NCBI GenBank assembly: GCA_001797035.1
Contig: MGOE01000133.1
Location: 69,081 to 114,304, forward strand
Direction of reading: 5' to 3'
Length of the DNA stretch: 45,224 nt
Source: Chloroflexi bacterium RBG_16_72_14
GTDB taxonomy: Bacteria > Chloroflexota > Limnocylindria > Limnocylindrales > CSP1-4
Shown here in pieces: positions 35,108-43,211 of the stretch (position 1 is the first letter of the stretch; every line of letters starts with the position of its first letter). Made by a program: the position numbers and the translations under genes. A model generated the notes under the pieces. The model was not told where the DNA came from, made no database searches, and saw only the letters and a list, made by a program, of their open reading frames with translations.

Positions 35108-36166
35108 CTACGGATTGCGCGGCAGGACGACCACGCGCCGGTTGGGCTCCTCGCCGATGGACTGGGTCGAGACCCCCTCGTGATCCCGCAGCGCCAGGTG
35201 GACCCAGCGGCGCTCGAGGGCGGGCATCGGCTCCAGCTGGAGCATCTTCCCGGTCTCGAGGACACGCTCGGCGGCGCGCTGGGCGAGGTCCACCAGCTGG
35301 CGCTCCCGCCGGCCCCGGTAGTCCTCCACGTCCACCAGCACGCGGGTCCACTGGCCCGTGCGGCGGGAGAGCATGAGGTTCACGAGGTGCTGCAGCGCCG
35401 ACAGCCGCTCGCCCTTGCGGCCGATCAGCGATCCCAGCGCCTCCCGGTCGGAGCCCTCGCCGACGACGTTGAGCCGGCTGGTCTCGCCCTCGCGGACCTC
35501 GACCCGCACGCCCTCGAAGCCGAGGTGCGCCATCAGCGTCTCGAGGATCTCGCGCCCGGCGGCGAGCGCCTCGGGCGACGCCTCGGCCGCCTCGAGCTCC
35601 GCGCGCTCCATGGCGACGGAGCCGCGGGCCGTGGCGACCTGCGCGACCTCGGCCGCCGACAGCTCCGAGCTCCCGCGCGAGGGGTGCTCCTCGCGGCGCG
35701 GGCCGCGGGAAGGCCGCTCCTCGCGGCGCGGGCCGCGATCGCCGCGGTCGTCGCGGCGGGGCGGGCGGTCACCGGCCGAACGCACACCCTCGGGCCGCTC
35801 GGCGGCGGGCCGCTCCTCGCGGCGGGGGGCCCGGTCGTGGTGCCGGTCGTCCCGGCGGGGGCCGCGATCGCGGTCGAACTCCCTTCGCGGCCCGCGGTCA
35901 CGGTCGAATCCGCCCCGGTCCTCCCGGGGAGCGGGCGTCGGCAGTGGCGTCGCCTCGGCGGCCTCGCGCTTCGGGGCAGCGCCCCCGAGGGCGCTGCGCG
36001 GCGCGGCGACGATCCGGGCCGGCTCCGCGCCCATGCCGAGCACGCCCCGGCTGCCGGGGGTGAGGATCTCGAAGTCGAGGTCGCCCAGCCCGACGCCGAA
36101 TGCCTCGCAGGCGGACTTGATGGCCTCCTCGACGGATTTGCCGGTGAACTCCTGGTACTCGCTCAT
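35108..36166 (-). CDS. jag: Jag/KhpB-like RNA-binding protein (Jag_N, KH, R3H) with a long R/D/E/P-rich linker
   Basis: MSEYQEFTGKSVEEAIKSACEAFG (Jag_N), LIGRKGERLSALQHL (KH GXXG), ERRWVHLAL (R3H). Sits immediately downstream of yidC. Confidence 0.82.
   Translation of the reverse strand: MSEYQEFTGKSVEEAIKSACEAFGVGLGDLDFEILTPGSRGVLGMGAEPARIVAAPRSALGGAAPKREAAEATPLPTPAPREDRGGFDRDRGPRREFDRDRGPRRDDRHHDRAPRREERPAAERPEGVRSAGDRPPRRDDRGDRGPRREERPSRGPRREEHPSRGSSELSAAEVAQVATARGSVAMERAELEAAEASPEALAAGREILETLMAHLGFEGVRVEVREGETSRLNVVGEGSDREALGSLIGRKGERLSALQHLVNLMLSRRTGQWTRVLVDVEDYRGRRERQLVDLAQRAAERVLETGKMLQLEPMPALERRWVHLALRDHEGVSTQSIGEEPNRRVVVLPRNP
35686..35830. repeat. in-frame tandem repeats inside the jag linker
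   Basis: The 22-nt string gctcctcgcggcgcgggccgcg occurs exactly at 35686-35707 and 35716-35737 (30-nt period). A degenerate copy lies near 35812. It encodes RGPRREE(R/H)PS units. Confidence 0.7.
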
Positions 36167-36168
36167 GG

Positions 36169-37338
36169 TCAGCGTCGTCTCCCTCGTCGGCCCGCACGGG
36201 TCTTGTTGGGCCGGATCGTCGACTGGGCAGACAGGCTGCGGTCGACGGATTTTGCGCGCTCCGTCGCGTCGCTGGGTTGGCCGGGCTTGGGGGGCAGGGG
36301 CGCCGGGATCTTGACCGGGAATCGCGGCGAGTGGTCGCGGGCGAACTCCGGGTACCAGCCGAGCAGCGGGAACATCCCGCCCCAGCCCAGGATCAGGTAC
36401 TGCTGGATGACCTGGATGATCGTGGCGGCGATCCAGTAGAGGAACAGGCCGGCCGGCAGGAAGCCGCCGTAGAAGATCGAGATCAGCGGCAGGAAGTAGG
36501 CCATCTGCCGCTGGACCTTGATGTTGGGGTCGTCGGCGGCCTTGGGGTCGGAGGCCGGCAGCGTCATGCGCGAGGCCACCAGCTGGACGACGGACGACAG
36601 GATGGCCAGGATGCTGATGCCGAAGCCGGCGATCACGAGCCCGGTGGTGACGGGCTCCGGCAGGCTCCAGTCGATGCCGAACGCGACCGGGTTGAGGCAC
36701 GGGTTGGTCACCTGGCCGGAGGCATTGAACGTCGGCGCGGCGTCGCACGGCAGCGTCATGAGCTGGATGCCGAACACGTTGAGCATGCCGTTCACGTCGT
36801 GGTTGGTGAGGCCCTGGCTGAACACCGAGTACATCGGGATCAGCAGGCCGAACTGGAGCAGGATCGGCAGGCAGCCGGAAGCCGGGTTGACGCCTCGCTG
36901 CTTGTAGAACTCGGCAACGGCGGCCTGCTGCTTCGTGCGGTCGCCCTTGTGCTTGCGCTGGAGCTCCTTGACCTCGGGCTGGAGGAGCTGCATCTGGCGG
37001 GACGACACCAGCTGGCGGCGGTACAGCGGGATGACCAGCAGCCGGAGCAGCACGGTCAGGATCAGGATCGCGATGACGATGTTGCCCGTCAGCCGGTCCA
37101 TCGCCACCAGGGTGATGAACAGGACCTGGAAGATCGGCGTGAACAGCCACGCGAGGAGGTCCAGGGGGTTGGCGCTCGGGTTGGCCGGCGCCAGCGGCGC
37201 CTGGCTGAAGACCGGCGTCGCGCCGGGCGAGCCGCTGCCACCGCCCGATCCGGGCACGCACGCGGCGACGACGAGCGCGATCCCCACGATCAGGGCGAGC
37301 GGCGCCAGCCGGACGAGGAGGCTCTGGAGGCGGGTCAC
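36169..37338 (-). CDS. yidC: membrane protein insertase YidC
   Basis: GCLPILLQFGLLIPMYSVF, MAYFLPLISIFYGGFLPAGLFLYW. GTG 37338 is chosen because the track start overlaps yidD. Confidence 0.88.
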   Translation of the reverse strand: MTRLQSLLVRLAPLALIVGIALVVAACVPGSGGGSGSPGATPVFSQAPLAPANPSANPLDLLAWLFTPIFQVLFITLVAMDRLTGNIVIAILILTVLLRLLVIPLYRRQLVSSRQMQLLQPEVKELQRKHKGDRTKQQAAVAEFYKQRGVNPASGCLPILLQFGLLIPMYSVFSQGLTNHDVNGMLNVFGIQLMTLPCDAAPTFNASGQVTNPCLNPVAFGIDWSLPEPVTTGLVIAGFGISILAILSSVVQLVASRMTLPASDPKAADDPNIKVQRQMAYFLPLISIFYGGFLPAGLFLYWIAATIIQVIQQYLILGWGGMFPLLGWYPEFARDHSPRFPVKIPAPLPPKPGQPSDATERAKSVDRSLSAQSTIRPNKTRAGRRGRRR

Positions 37339-37354
37339 GCGGTGCTCTCGTTCC

Positions 37355-37573
37355 TCAGCGGACCGGGTCGTAGCCGCCCGGGTTCCATGGGTGGCAGCGG
37401 GCGATGCGCCTGGCGCCCATCCAGCTCCCACGCAGCAGTCCGTACTTCCGGATCGCCTGCTCGGTGTATCGGGAGCACGAGGGCTCGAACCGGCAGCCGG
37501 ACGGCAGCCAGGCGAACACGACCCGGTAGAGGCGGATCAGCCCCACTCCGATCGAGACCCCGACACGTCTCAC
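37355..37573 (-). CDS. yidD: membrane protein insertion efficiency factor YidD
   Basis: [19 protein letters not shown]...[20 protein letters not shown] overlap with the rnpA stop. Confidence 0.9.
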   Translation of the reverse strand: MRRVGVSIGVGLIRLYRVVFAWLPSGCRFEPSCSRYTEQAIRKYGLLRGSWMGARRIARCHPWNPGGYDPVR

Positions 37574-37905
37574 GGTTCCGATCGACCTCCGAGCGCGCCT
37601 CCCGAGCGGAGGACCCGGCGCAGTGCTCCGACCACTGCGTCATGGTCGGCCTCGACGATCGCGGGCCGGGCGATGATGAGGACGTCCCAGCCGGGCTGGA
37701 ACGAGGGCGCCATCACCCTGAGCGCCTCTCGGATCCGGCGCCTGACCCGGTTCCGGACCACGGCCCCCCCGAGCCGCCTGCCGGTCGCCAGGCCGAACCG
37801 CGTCTGGTCAAGGTCCGTCCGGACGAACCGTCCGACGAGCAGGGGATGCGTCTTGCCGACGCCTTCCTCCGCCAGCCGGGCGAAGTCCGCCGGGCGGGAG
37901 AGCAT
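37570..37905 (-). CDS. rnpA: ribonuclease P protein component
   Basis: RPADFARL..., [23 protein letters not shown]. Position between rpmH and yidD. The start is uncertain (ATG 37905 or GTG 37908); the track start overlaps rpmH. Confidence 0.8.
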   Translation of the reverse strand: MLSRPADFARLAEEGVGKTHPLLVGRFVRTDLDQTRFGLATGRRLGGAVVRNRVRRRIREALRVMAPSFQPGWDVLIIARPAIVEADHDAVVGALRRVLRSGGALGGRSEP

Positions 37906-37940
37906 GACGAGCCGCAGCGGGTTGTGACTGCGCCCGCCGG

Positions 37941-38078
37941 TCAGGCCGAGAGCTGCTTCCGGCCCTTCGCGCGCCGCGTCGCGAGCACGCGCCGTCCACC
38001 CGCCGTCTTCATGCGGGCGCGGAACCCGTGTTCCTTGGCGCGATGCCGCTTCTTGGGCTGAAACGTCGGCTTGCCCAT
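37941..38078 (-). CDS. rpmH: 50S ribosomal protein L34
   Basis: [45 protein letters not shown], 45 aa. Confidence 0.93.
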   Translation of the reverse strand: MGKPTFQPKKRHRAKEHGFRARMKTAGGRRVLATRRAKGRKQLSA

Positions 38079-38538
38079 CGGGACTGTCCGTGATCCTCTC
38101 CATGGCCTTGGGACCCGGAAGCTCCGACCCCTAGAGGCACGCAAACGCGCCGAGCGCCCATGAGCGCGACGGCGCGTGTTCGTCCGGGGGATGATATGGC
38201 GGGTCGGGAAGGGGTGTCAAACGGCCGGGCGGGGCGGGGCCGGTGCGTCCGGGCACCGGGTGTCCGGGACCGTCCGGGCCGGTCCCGAGGGCTCCCGCGT
38301 GATACTCCCATGGGGTATGCGCGAATCGCCTTGCGGCGGCCCCGAGACCCGGTGTATTGTTCCCGAGCCCCAGGCGCCGGGACGCCGCGGAGGCCCTCCG
38401 AGAGGAAGCCCGTCCGCCCGTCCAGCGGCTCCGGCAGGATCGTGTTGCGCGATACTCGCGGCGCTTCTTCCTCGACCAGGCTCCGCGGTCGGCCTTACCC
38501 ATCGAAGCCACCCTACAAGCCAGGATCAAGATCGCAGG

Positions 38539-39900
38539 ATGGACGCGAAGCAGGTCTGGCGCGCTGCGCTCGGAGAGCTCCAGGTCTCCCTGTCGCCGGC
38601 CAACTTCGAGACCTGGCTACGCGACACCCACCTGGTGGACGTGGATGACCAGCGGTTCCGGATCGCGGTTCCCAACGGCTTTGCGAAGGACTGGCTCGAG
38701 ACCCGCTACCGCTCCCTGATCTCGCAGACGCTGGCGCGCGTCGTGGGCTACAGCGTCCAGGTCGAGTTCGTGGTCACCAACGGGGATGGCAAGGGCCCGG
38801 CGGCGGAGGTTGCCGCCCAGCCGGTACGCGTGGAGCCCACGCGCGTCGGTGCGCCCGAGGGCGCGGCGGGCGGCGTCACGAACCTCAACCCGCGCTACAC
38901 GTTCTCCAACTTCATCGTCGGCTCCGCCAATCGGCTCGCCCACGCGGCCTCGCTGTCGGTGGCCGAGCGCCCGGGCCACGCGTACAACCCACTGTTCCTG
39001 TACGGCGGCGTCGGGCTGGGCAAGACGCACCTGATGCACGCGATCGGCAACGCGGTGGTCGCGAAGCTCCCGCGCAAGCGCGTGGTCTATGCCACCAGCG
39101 AGAAGTTCACCAACGAGTTCATCACCTCGATCCAGCAGGGCAAGATCGACGAGTTCCGCGCCCGCTACCGCCGGATCGACCTGCTGCTGATCGACGACAT
39201 CCAGTTCATCGCCGACAAGGAGCGGACGCAGGAGGAGTTCTTCCACACGTTCAACGCCATCCACGAGGACGGCAAGCAGATCGTGCTGTCCTCCGACCGG
39301 CCGCCCAAGGCGATCCTCACGCTCGAGGAGCGGCTCCGCAGCCGGTTCGAGTGGGGCCTGATCGCGGACCTCACGGCGCCGGACCTGGAGACGCGGATCG
39401 CGATCCTGCGCGCGAAGGCCGAGGAGCAGGGGACGCCGATCACCTCGGACGTGATCGAGTTCATCGCCCGCAAGGTGGTGTCCAACATCCGGGAGCTCGA
39501 GGGCGCCCTCAACCGGATCGTTGCCTACGCCTCGATGGGCGCCATGCCGATCTCCATCGAGCTGGCCCAGGCCGTGCTCAGCAACGTGCTCTACAACCCC
39601 AAGAAGCGCCAGGTCACGCCGGAGCGGATCGCCAAGGCCGTCTCCGACTACTACGGCGTGGGGATGGACGCGCTGCAGGGCCAGAAGCGCGAGAAGAGCA
39701 TCGTCGTGCCCCGCCAGATCGCGATGTACCTCATGCGCGAGGAGACGGACGTCTCGCTGCTCCGGATCGGCGCCGAGCTCGGCGGCCGCGACCACTCGAC
39801 GGTCCTCCATGCGTGCGACAAGATCAACCGCGAGATGCAGGTCAACGACGAGATGCGCCGCGAGGTCGCGGCCGTCCGGGAGCTGATCTACTCCGATTAG
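38539..39900 (+). CDS. dnaA: chromosomal replication initiator DnaA
   Basis: [15 protein letters not shown], Walker [19 protein letters not shown], and the DNA-binding domain [21 protein letters not shown]. The track N-terminal extension (from 38176) is Arg/Pro-rich and was rejected. Confidence 0.93.
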   Translation: MDAKQVWRAALGELQVSLSPANFETWLRDTHLVDVDDQRFRIAVPNGFAKDWLETRYRSLISQTLARVVGYSVQVEFVVTNGDGKGPAAEVAAQPVRVEPTRVGAPEGAAGGVTNLNPRYTFSNFIVGSANRLAHAASLSVAERPGHAYNPLFLYGGVGLGKTHLMHAIGNAVVAKLPRKRVVYATSEKFTNEFITSIQQGKIDEFRARYRRIDLLLIDDIQFIADKERTQEEFFHTFNAIHEDGKQIVLSSDRPPKAILTLEERLRSRFEWGLIADLTAPDLETRIAILRAKAEEQGTPITSDVIEFIARKVVSNIRELEGALNRIVAYASMGAMPISIELAQAVLSNVLYNPKKRQVTPERIAKAVSDYYGVGMDALQGQKREKSIVVPRQIAMYLMREETDVSLLRIGAELGGRDHSTVLHACDKINREMQVNDEMRREVAAVRELIYSD

Positions 39901-40059
39901 GTCCGGCGCCTGCCCGGCTGTGCCCGCTCGGCAGGCCCCGCCTGCTCCTCGTGGCCGCGCGCTCCCTGCGGGGCATCACTCTCGGGCCACGGGCGGGGGC
40001 CGGTCGCCTTCCGAGCGATTCGATCACGGTCCGGGCGCCGGCGGAACCCGACTGGGGAC

Positions 40060-40345
40060 AACCCGTGGAGAATCGCCCGCCGCCGTGGACAGCGCCGGCC
40101 CGATCTGACGATCCGCTAGGGGACGACTCGGCCTCCCGCAGGCCCGGATGTGGAGCCAGCGGGCAGCCGGGGCCGCCTGTCCACGATCCCGCGCCCGCGC
40201 CTCCACGGAATCGCCCGGTGTCGTCCACGCGGCCCGGCATGCCGTCCACCGGCGTGGCATGCGTGAGCGAGCACGCCCGTCCCCGCGATCCACGGCATGA
40301 TGATGATGATGACGGGGTGAGAAGATAGGACGATCATTCCACCCG
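40060..40345. other. candidate oriC: cluster of 8 TCCAC-core DnaA-box-like 9-mers followed by an AT-rich stretch
   Basis: TCCAC cores at 40065-70(-), 40085-90(-), 40150-55(-), 40179-84, 40201-06, 40223-28, 40244-49 and 40288-93. They are followed by atgatgatgatgatga (40297-40312) and gagaagataggacgatcatt. Lies in the dnaA-dnaN intergenic region. Confidence 0.65.
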
Positions 40346-40445
40346 TTGACCCGCCCAGAGGCGAAGTCCGTCCGCCGTCGCGCCGGGACACCGACGACGG
40401 GCTCCTCGACCGCCGCGCCCTCGACACCACTGGAGATCACCACCC

Positions 40446-41561
40446 GTGAAACTCTCGGTCATGCAGGAGAACCTGGCACGCGGCCTGTCCGTCGTCTCGC
40501 GGGCGGTCTCCAGCCGCAGCACCCTGCCCGTGCTCGCCAACGTCCTGCTCCGGACGGAGGACGCCGGCCTCAAGCTGACCGCCACCAACCTCGAGATCGG
40601 CATCACGTACTGGGTCCCCGGCAAGATCGAGACCGACGGCGCAACCACGGTCCCGGCGCGCCTGCTCACGGACCTCGTGGGGTCGCTGCCGGCGTCCGAG
40701 CGGGTCGACCTCGAGCTCCAGGGCGCCGACACCCTCCACCTGCGCTGCGGCCGGTTCGCGACCCACGTCAAGGGCATCGACGCGGATGAGTTCCCGACCA
40801 TCCAGACCGCCGGCGAGCGCCCGACCACCCGGGTGTCCCAGAAGGTGCTCAAGCGCGCCCTGGACGAGACGGTGTTCGCGGCCGCCAGCGACGAGGCACG
40901 CCCGATCCTGACCGGGGTCCTCGCCCGCTTCGAGGGCAGCCGCCTCACCCTCGCCGCCGCCGACAACTACCGGATCGCCGTCCGGACGATCGACGTGCTC
41001 GACCCGGTCGAGGCGGCCTCGGTCGTCATCCCGGCCCGGGCCCTCGGCGAGCTGGGCCGGATCCTCGCTGACACCGACGACCCGGTGGAGCTGGTGCTCG
41101 CCCAGGCCCGCAACCAGGTCCTGTTCCACCTCGAGGGTGTGGACATCGTGTCGCGCCTCATCGACGGCCAGTTCCCCAACTACCAGCAGGTGCTGCCGGC
41201 GTCGCATGCGACCCGCGCCGAGATCGACCGCGAGGAGCTGCTCCGGGCGGTCCGACCGGCGGCCCTGATCGCCTCGTCCTCGGCCAACATCGTCAAGCTC
41301 CAGGTCGGCGGCGAGGACGGCGGCGTGGTGGTGACGGCAACGGCCGAGGTCGGCGACTACACGGGCGACGTGGAGGCCACCGTCGAGGGCGACGCGACGA
41401 CGATCGCGTTCAATGCGCGCTACCTCAACGACGTGCTCGGCAACGTCCAGGCGGACCGGTTCGCGCTCGAGCTCAACGGGCCCCTCTCGCCGGGCGTGTT
41501 CCGGCCGGTGGGCGACGATGCCTACGTGCACGTCGTGATGCCCGTCCGGACCACCTCCTGA
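40446..41561 (+). CDS. dnaN: DNA polymerase III beta sliding clamp
   Basis: MKLSVMQENLARGL, TLPVLANVLL, LTATNLEIGI, FPNYQQVLP, and the position after dnaA. Confidence 0.92.
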   Translation: MKLSVMQENLARGLSVVSRAVSSRSTLPVLANVLLRTEDAGLKLTATNLEIGITYWVPGKIETDGATTVPARLLTDLVGSLPASERVDLELQGADTLHLRCGRFATHVKGIDADEFPTIQTAGERPTTRVSQKVLKRALDETVFAAASDEARPILTGVLARFEGSRLTLAAADNYRIAVRTIDVLDPVEAASVVIPARALGELGRILADTDDPVELVLAQARNQVLFHLEGVDIVSRLIDGQFPNYQQVLPASHATRAEIDREELLRAVRPAALIASSSANIVKLQVGGEDGGVVVTATAEVGDYTGDVEATVEGDATTIAFNARYLNDVLGNVQADRFALELNGPLSPGVFRPVGDDAYVHVVMPVRTTS

Positions 41562-41620
41562 CGGATACCGGCGCCCCGATCCTCCGGGGCCTCTCGATCC
41601 GCGACCTCCGCGGCTACGCC

Positions 41621-42730
41621 GTGCTGGACGTCGTGTTCGGGCCAGGGCCGCAGCTCGTGTGGGGCCCGAACGCCGCGGGCAAGACCAGCCTGCTCGAGGC
41701 GATCGTCCTGCTGGCGTGGGGTCGCTCGCACCGCACGGCCGCGGATGGCGAGCTCGTGCGCTGGGGCAGTGCGCTCGCGCGCGTCGAGGCCCGGGTCGGA
41801 CGGGCAGAAGACGTCCCCGAGGCGCGCGACGCGGTCGAGGTCGCCCTCGTGCGGACGGCGAGCGGCGGCGCCCGCAAGCGGATCCGCGTCAACGGCGTGG
41901 CGCGCCGGTCGGCCGCACTGGTCGGCGTGCTCCGGACTGTGATGTTCGCGCCGGAGGACATGCTCCTGGTGGCCGGCTCGCCGTCGTTGCGGCGGGAGGC
42001 GCTCGACCGGCTGGCCGGGCAGCGGTCGCCGGCCTACGCCCGGGACCTCGCCACGTACGGACGGGCGCTCCAGCAGCGCAACGGGCTGCTGCGGCTGATC
42101 CGCGAGGAGCAGGCGACGCGCGCCGAGCTGCGGTTCTGGGACGCGACGCTACTCGACGCCGGCGGGGCGGTGCTCGACGAGCGCCACCGGCTCCTCGCGG
42201 CCCTCGGCGGACCCCTCGCCGCGGCGCACGCCGAGATCGCCCCGGACGAGGCCGCCACGGGGCGGCTGGCGCTCCGCTATGCGACCAACGCCCCGCAGCA
42301 TCCCGGGGAGTCGCCCCGCGACGCCCTGGCGCGGCGGCTGGCCGAGACCGCCGACAAGGAAGTCTGGAACGGGACGACCCTCGTCGGCCCGCACCGCGAC
42401 GACCTGGTATTCGTGCTCGACGACCGACCGCTCGCCACGTTCGCGTCGCGCGGCCAGCAGCGCACCGCGATCCTCGCGTTCAAGCTCGCCGAGCTGGACC
42501 TGCTGACGGCGCTCGACGGCCACCCGCCGCTGCTACTGCTCGACGACGTGTTCTCGGAGCTCGACCCGGAGCGCCGGGCCCACCTCGTGCGGCGGATCGC
42601 CGAGCTGCCCCAGGCCTTCGTGACGACGACCACGCTCGAGGACATCGACACCGCGCTGCGGTCCGTCGGGTCGGCGTGGGCCGTGGTGGCCGGGGCCGAC
42701 GGTACGGCGGGGCTGGAGGCCGGCGGATGA
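41621..42730 (+). CDS. recF: DNA replication/repair protein RecF (true start probably upstream and non-canonical)
   Basis: Walker A GPNAAGKTSLLEAI, SGGQ-like ASRGQQRT, LLLLDDVFSELD. RecF-like sequence LRGLSIRDLRGYA continues in frame upstream of the GTG at 41621. Confidence 0.88.
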   Translation: MLDVVFGPGPQLVWGPNAAGKTSLLEAIVLLAWGRSHRTAADGELVRWGSALARVEARVGRAEDVPEARDAVEVALVRTASGGARKRIRVNGVARRSAALVGVLRTVMFAPEDMLLVAGSPSLRREALDRLAGQRSPAYARDLATYGRALQQRNGLLRLIREEQATRAELRFWDATLLDAGGAVLDERHRLLAALGGPLAAAHAEIAPDEAATGRLALRYATNAPQHPGESPRDALARRLAETADKEVWNGTTLVGPHRDDLVFVLDDRPLATFASRGQQRTAILAFKLAELDLLTALDGHPPLLLLDDVFSELDPERRAHLVRRIAELPQAFVTTTTLEDIDTALRSVGSAWAVVAGADGTAGLEAGG

Positions 42731-42746
42731 CCGCCGGGCGCGGCGC

Positions 42747-43124
42747 GTGAGCGACCAGGATCCGGAGGCGCCCGGCCGCCGCCGTCGTCCGCACCGCGTG
42801 GGCGACCTGCTGCCCGAGGCCGCCCGACGGCTGGGCCTCGAGGACGAGCTGCGCCTGGCCCGGGCGATCAGCACCTGGGACGCCCTGGTCGCGGAGCGGG
42901 TGCCGCCCGCCGTGGGGGCGTGCCGGCTGGTCCGCCTCGAGCCGGACGCGATCGTCGTTGCGGTCGGCGAGCCGATCGTCGCCGCGGAGCTGCGGATGCG
43001 CGCCCTGGAGCTGCTCGATGCCTTCGGCGCCGCCCCGGGCGGCGCGCGGGTCCGGCACCTCCGGCTGACCGGCGAGCGGCCGGCCGGGGGCGGGCCGGGG
43101 TACCGGGGCGGACCGCGCGTATAA
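42747..43124 (+). CDS. dciA: DUF721/DciA-like protein
   Basis: VGDLLPEAARRLGLEDELRLARAISTWDALVAERV...LEPDAIVVAVGEPIVAAELRMR. Conserved position after recF, as in actinobacteria. Confidence 0.75.
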   Translation: MSDQDPEAPGRRRRPHRVGDLLPEAARRLGLEDELRLARAISTWDALVAERVPPAVGACRLVRLEPDAIVVAVGEPIVAAELRMRALELLDAFGAAPGGARVRHLRLTGERPAGGGPGYRGGPRV

Positions 43125-43211
43125 TCCGACTCCCGCTGCCGACGGGCGCGTCCCGCCGCGTCACCCGATGACTCCGGATCGCGTCGTCATCGTTGTCATG
43201 GGGGTCCCACC

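Noticed and set aside
38079-38538. oriC located in the rpmH-dnaA spacer
   Set aside because: This spacer lacks TCCAC-core boxes and any AT-rich stretch comparable to 40297-40340. The dnaA-dnaN spacer is the stronger candidate, although a bipartite origin cannot be excluded.
40297-40312. (ATG)5/(CAT)5 microsatellite read as a His5 run in minus-strand ORF 40024-40443
   Set aside because: The surrounding ORF has no protein-like sequence and lies in the dnaA-dnaN spacer. The repeat is better explained as part of the AT-rich origin unwinding region.
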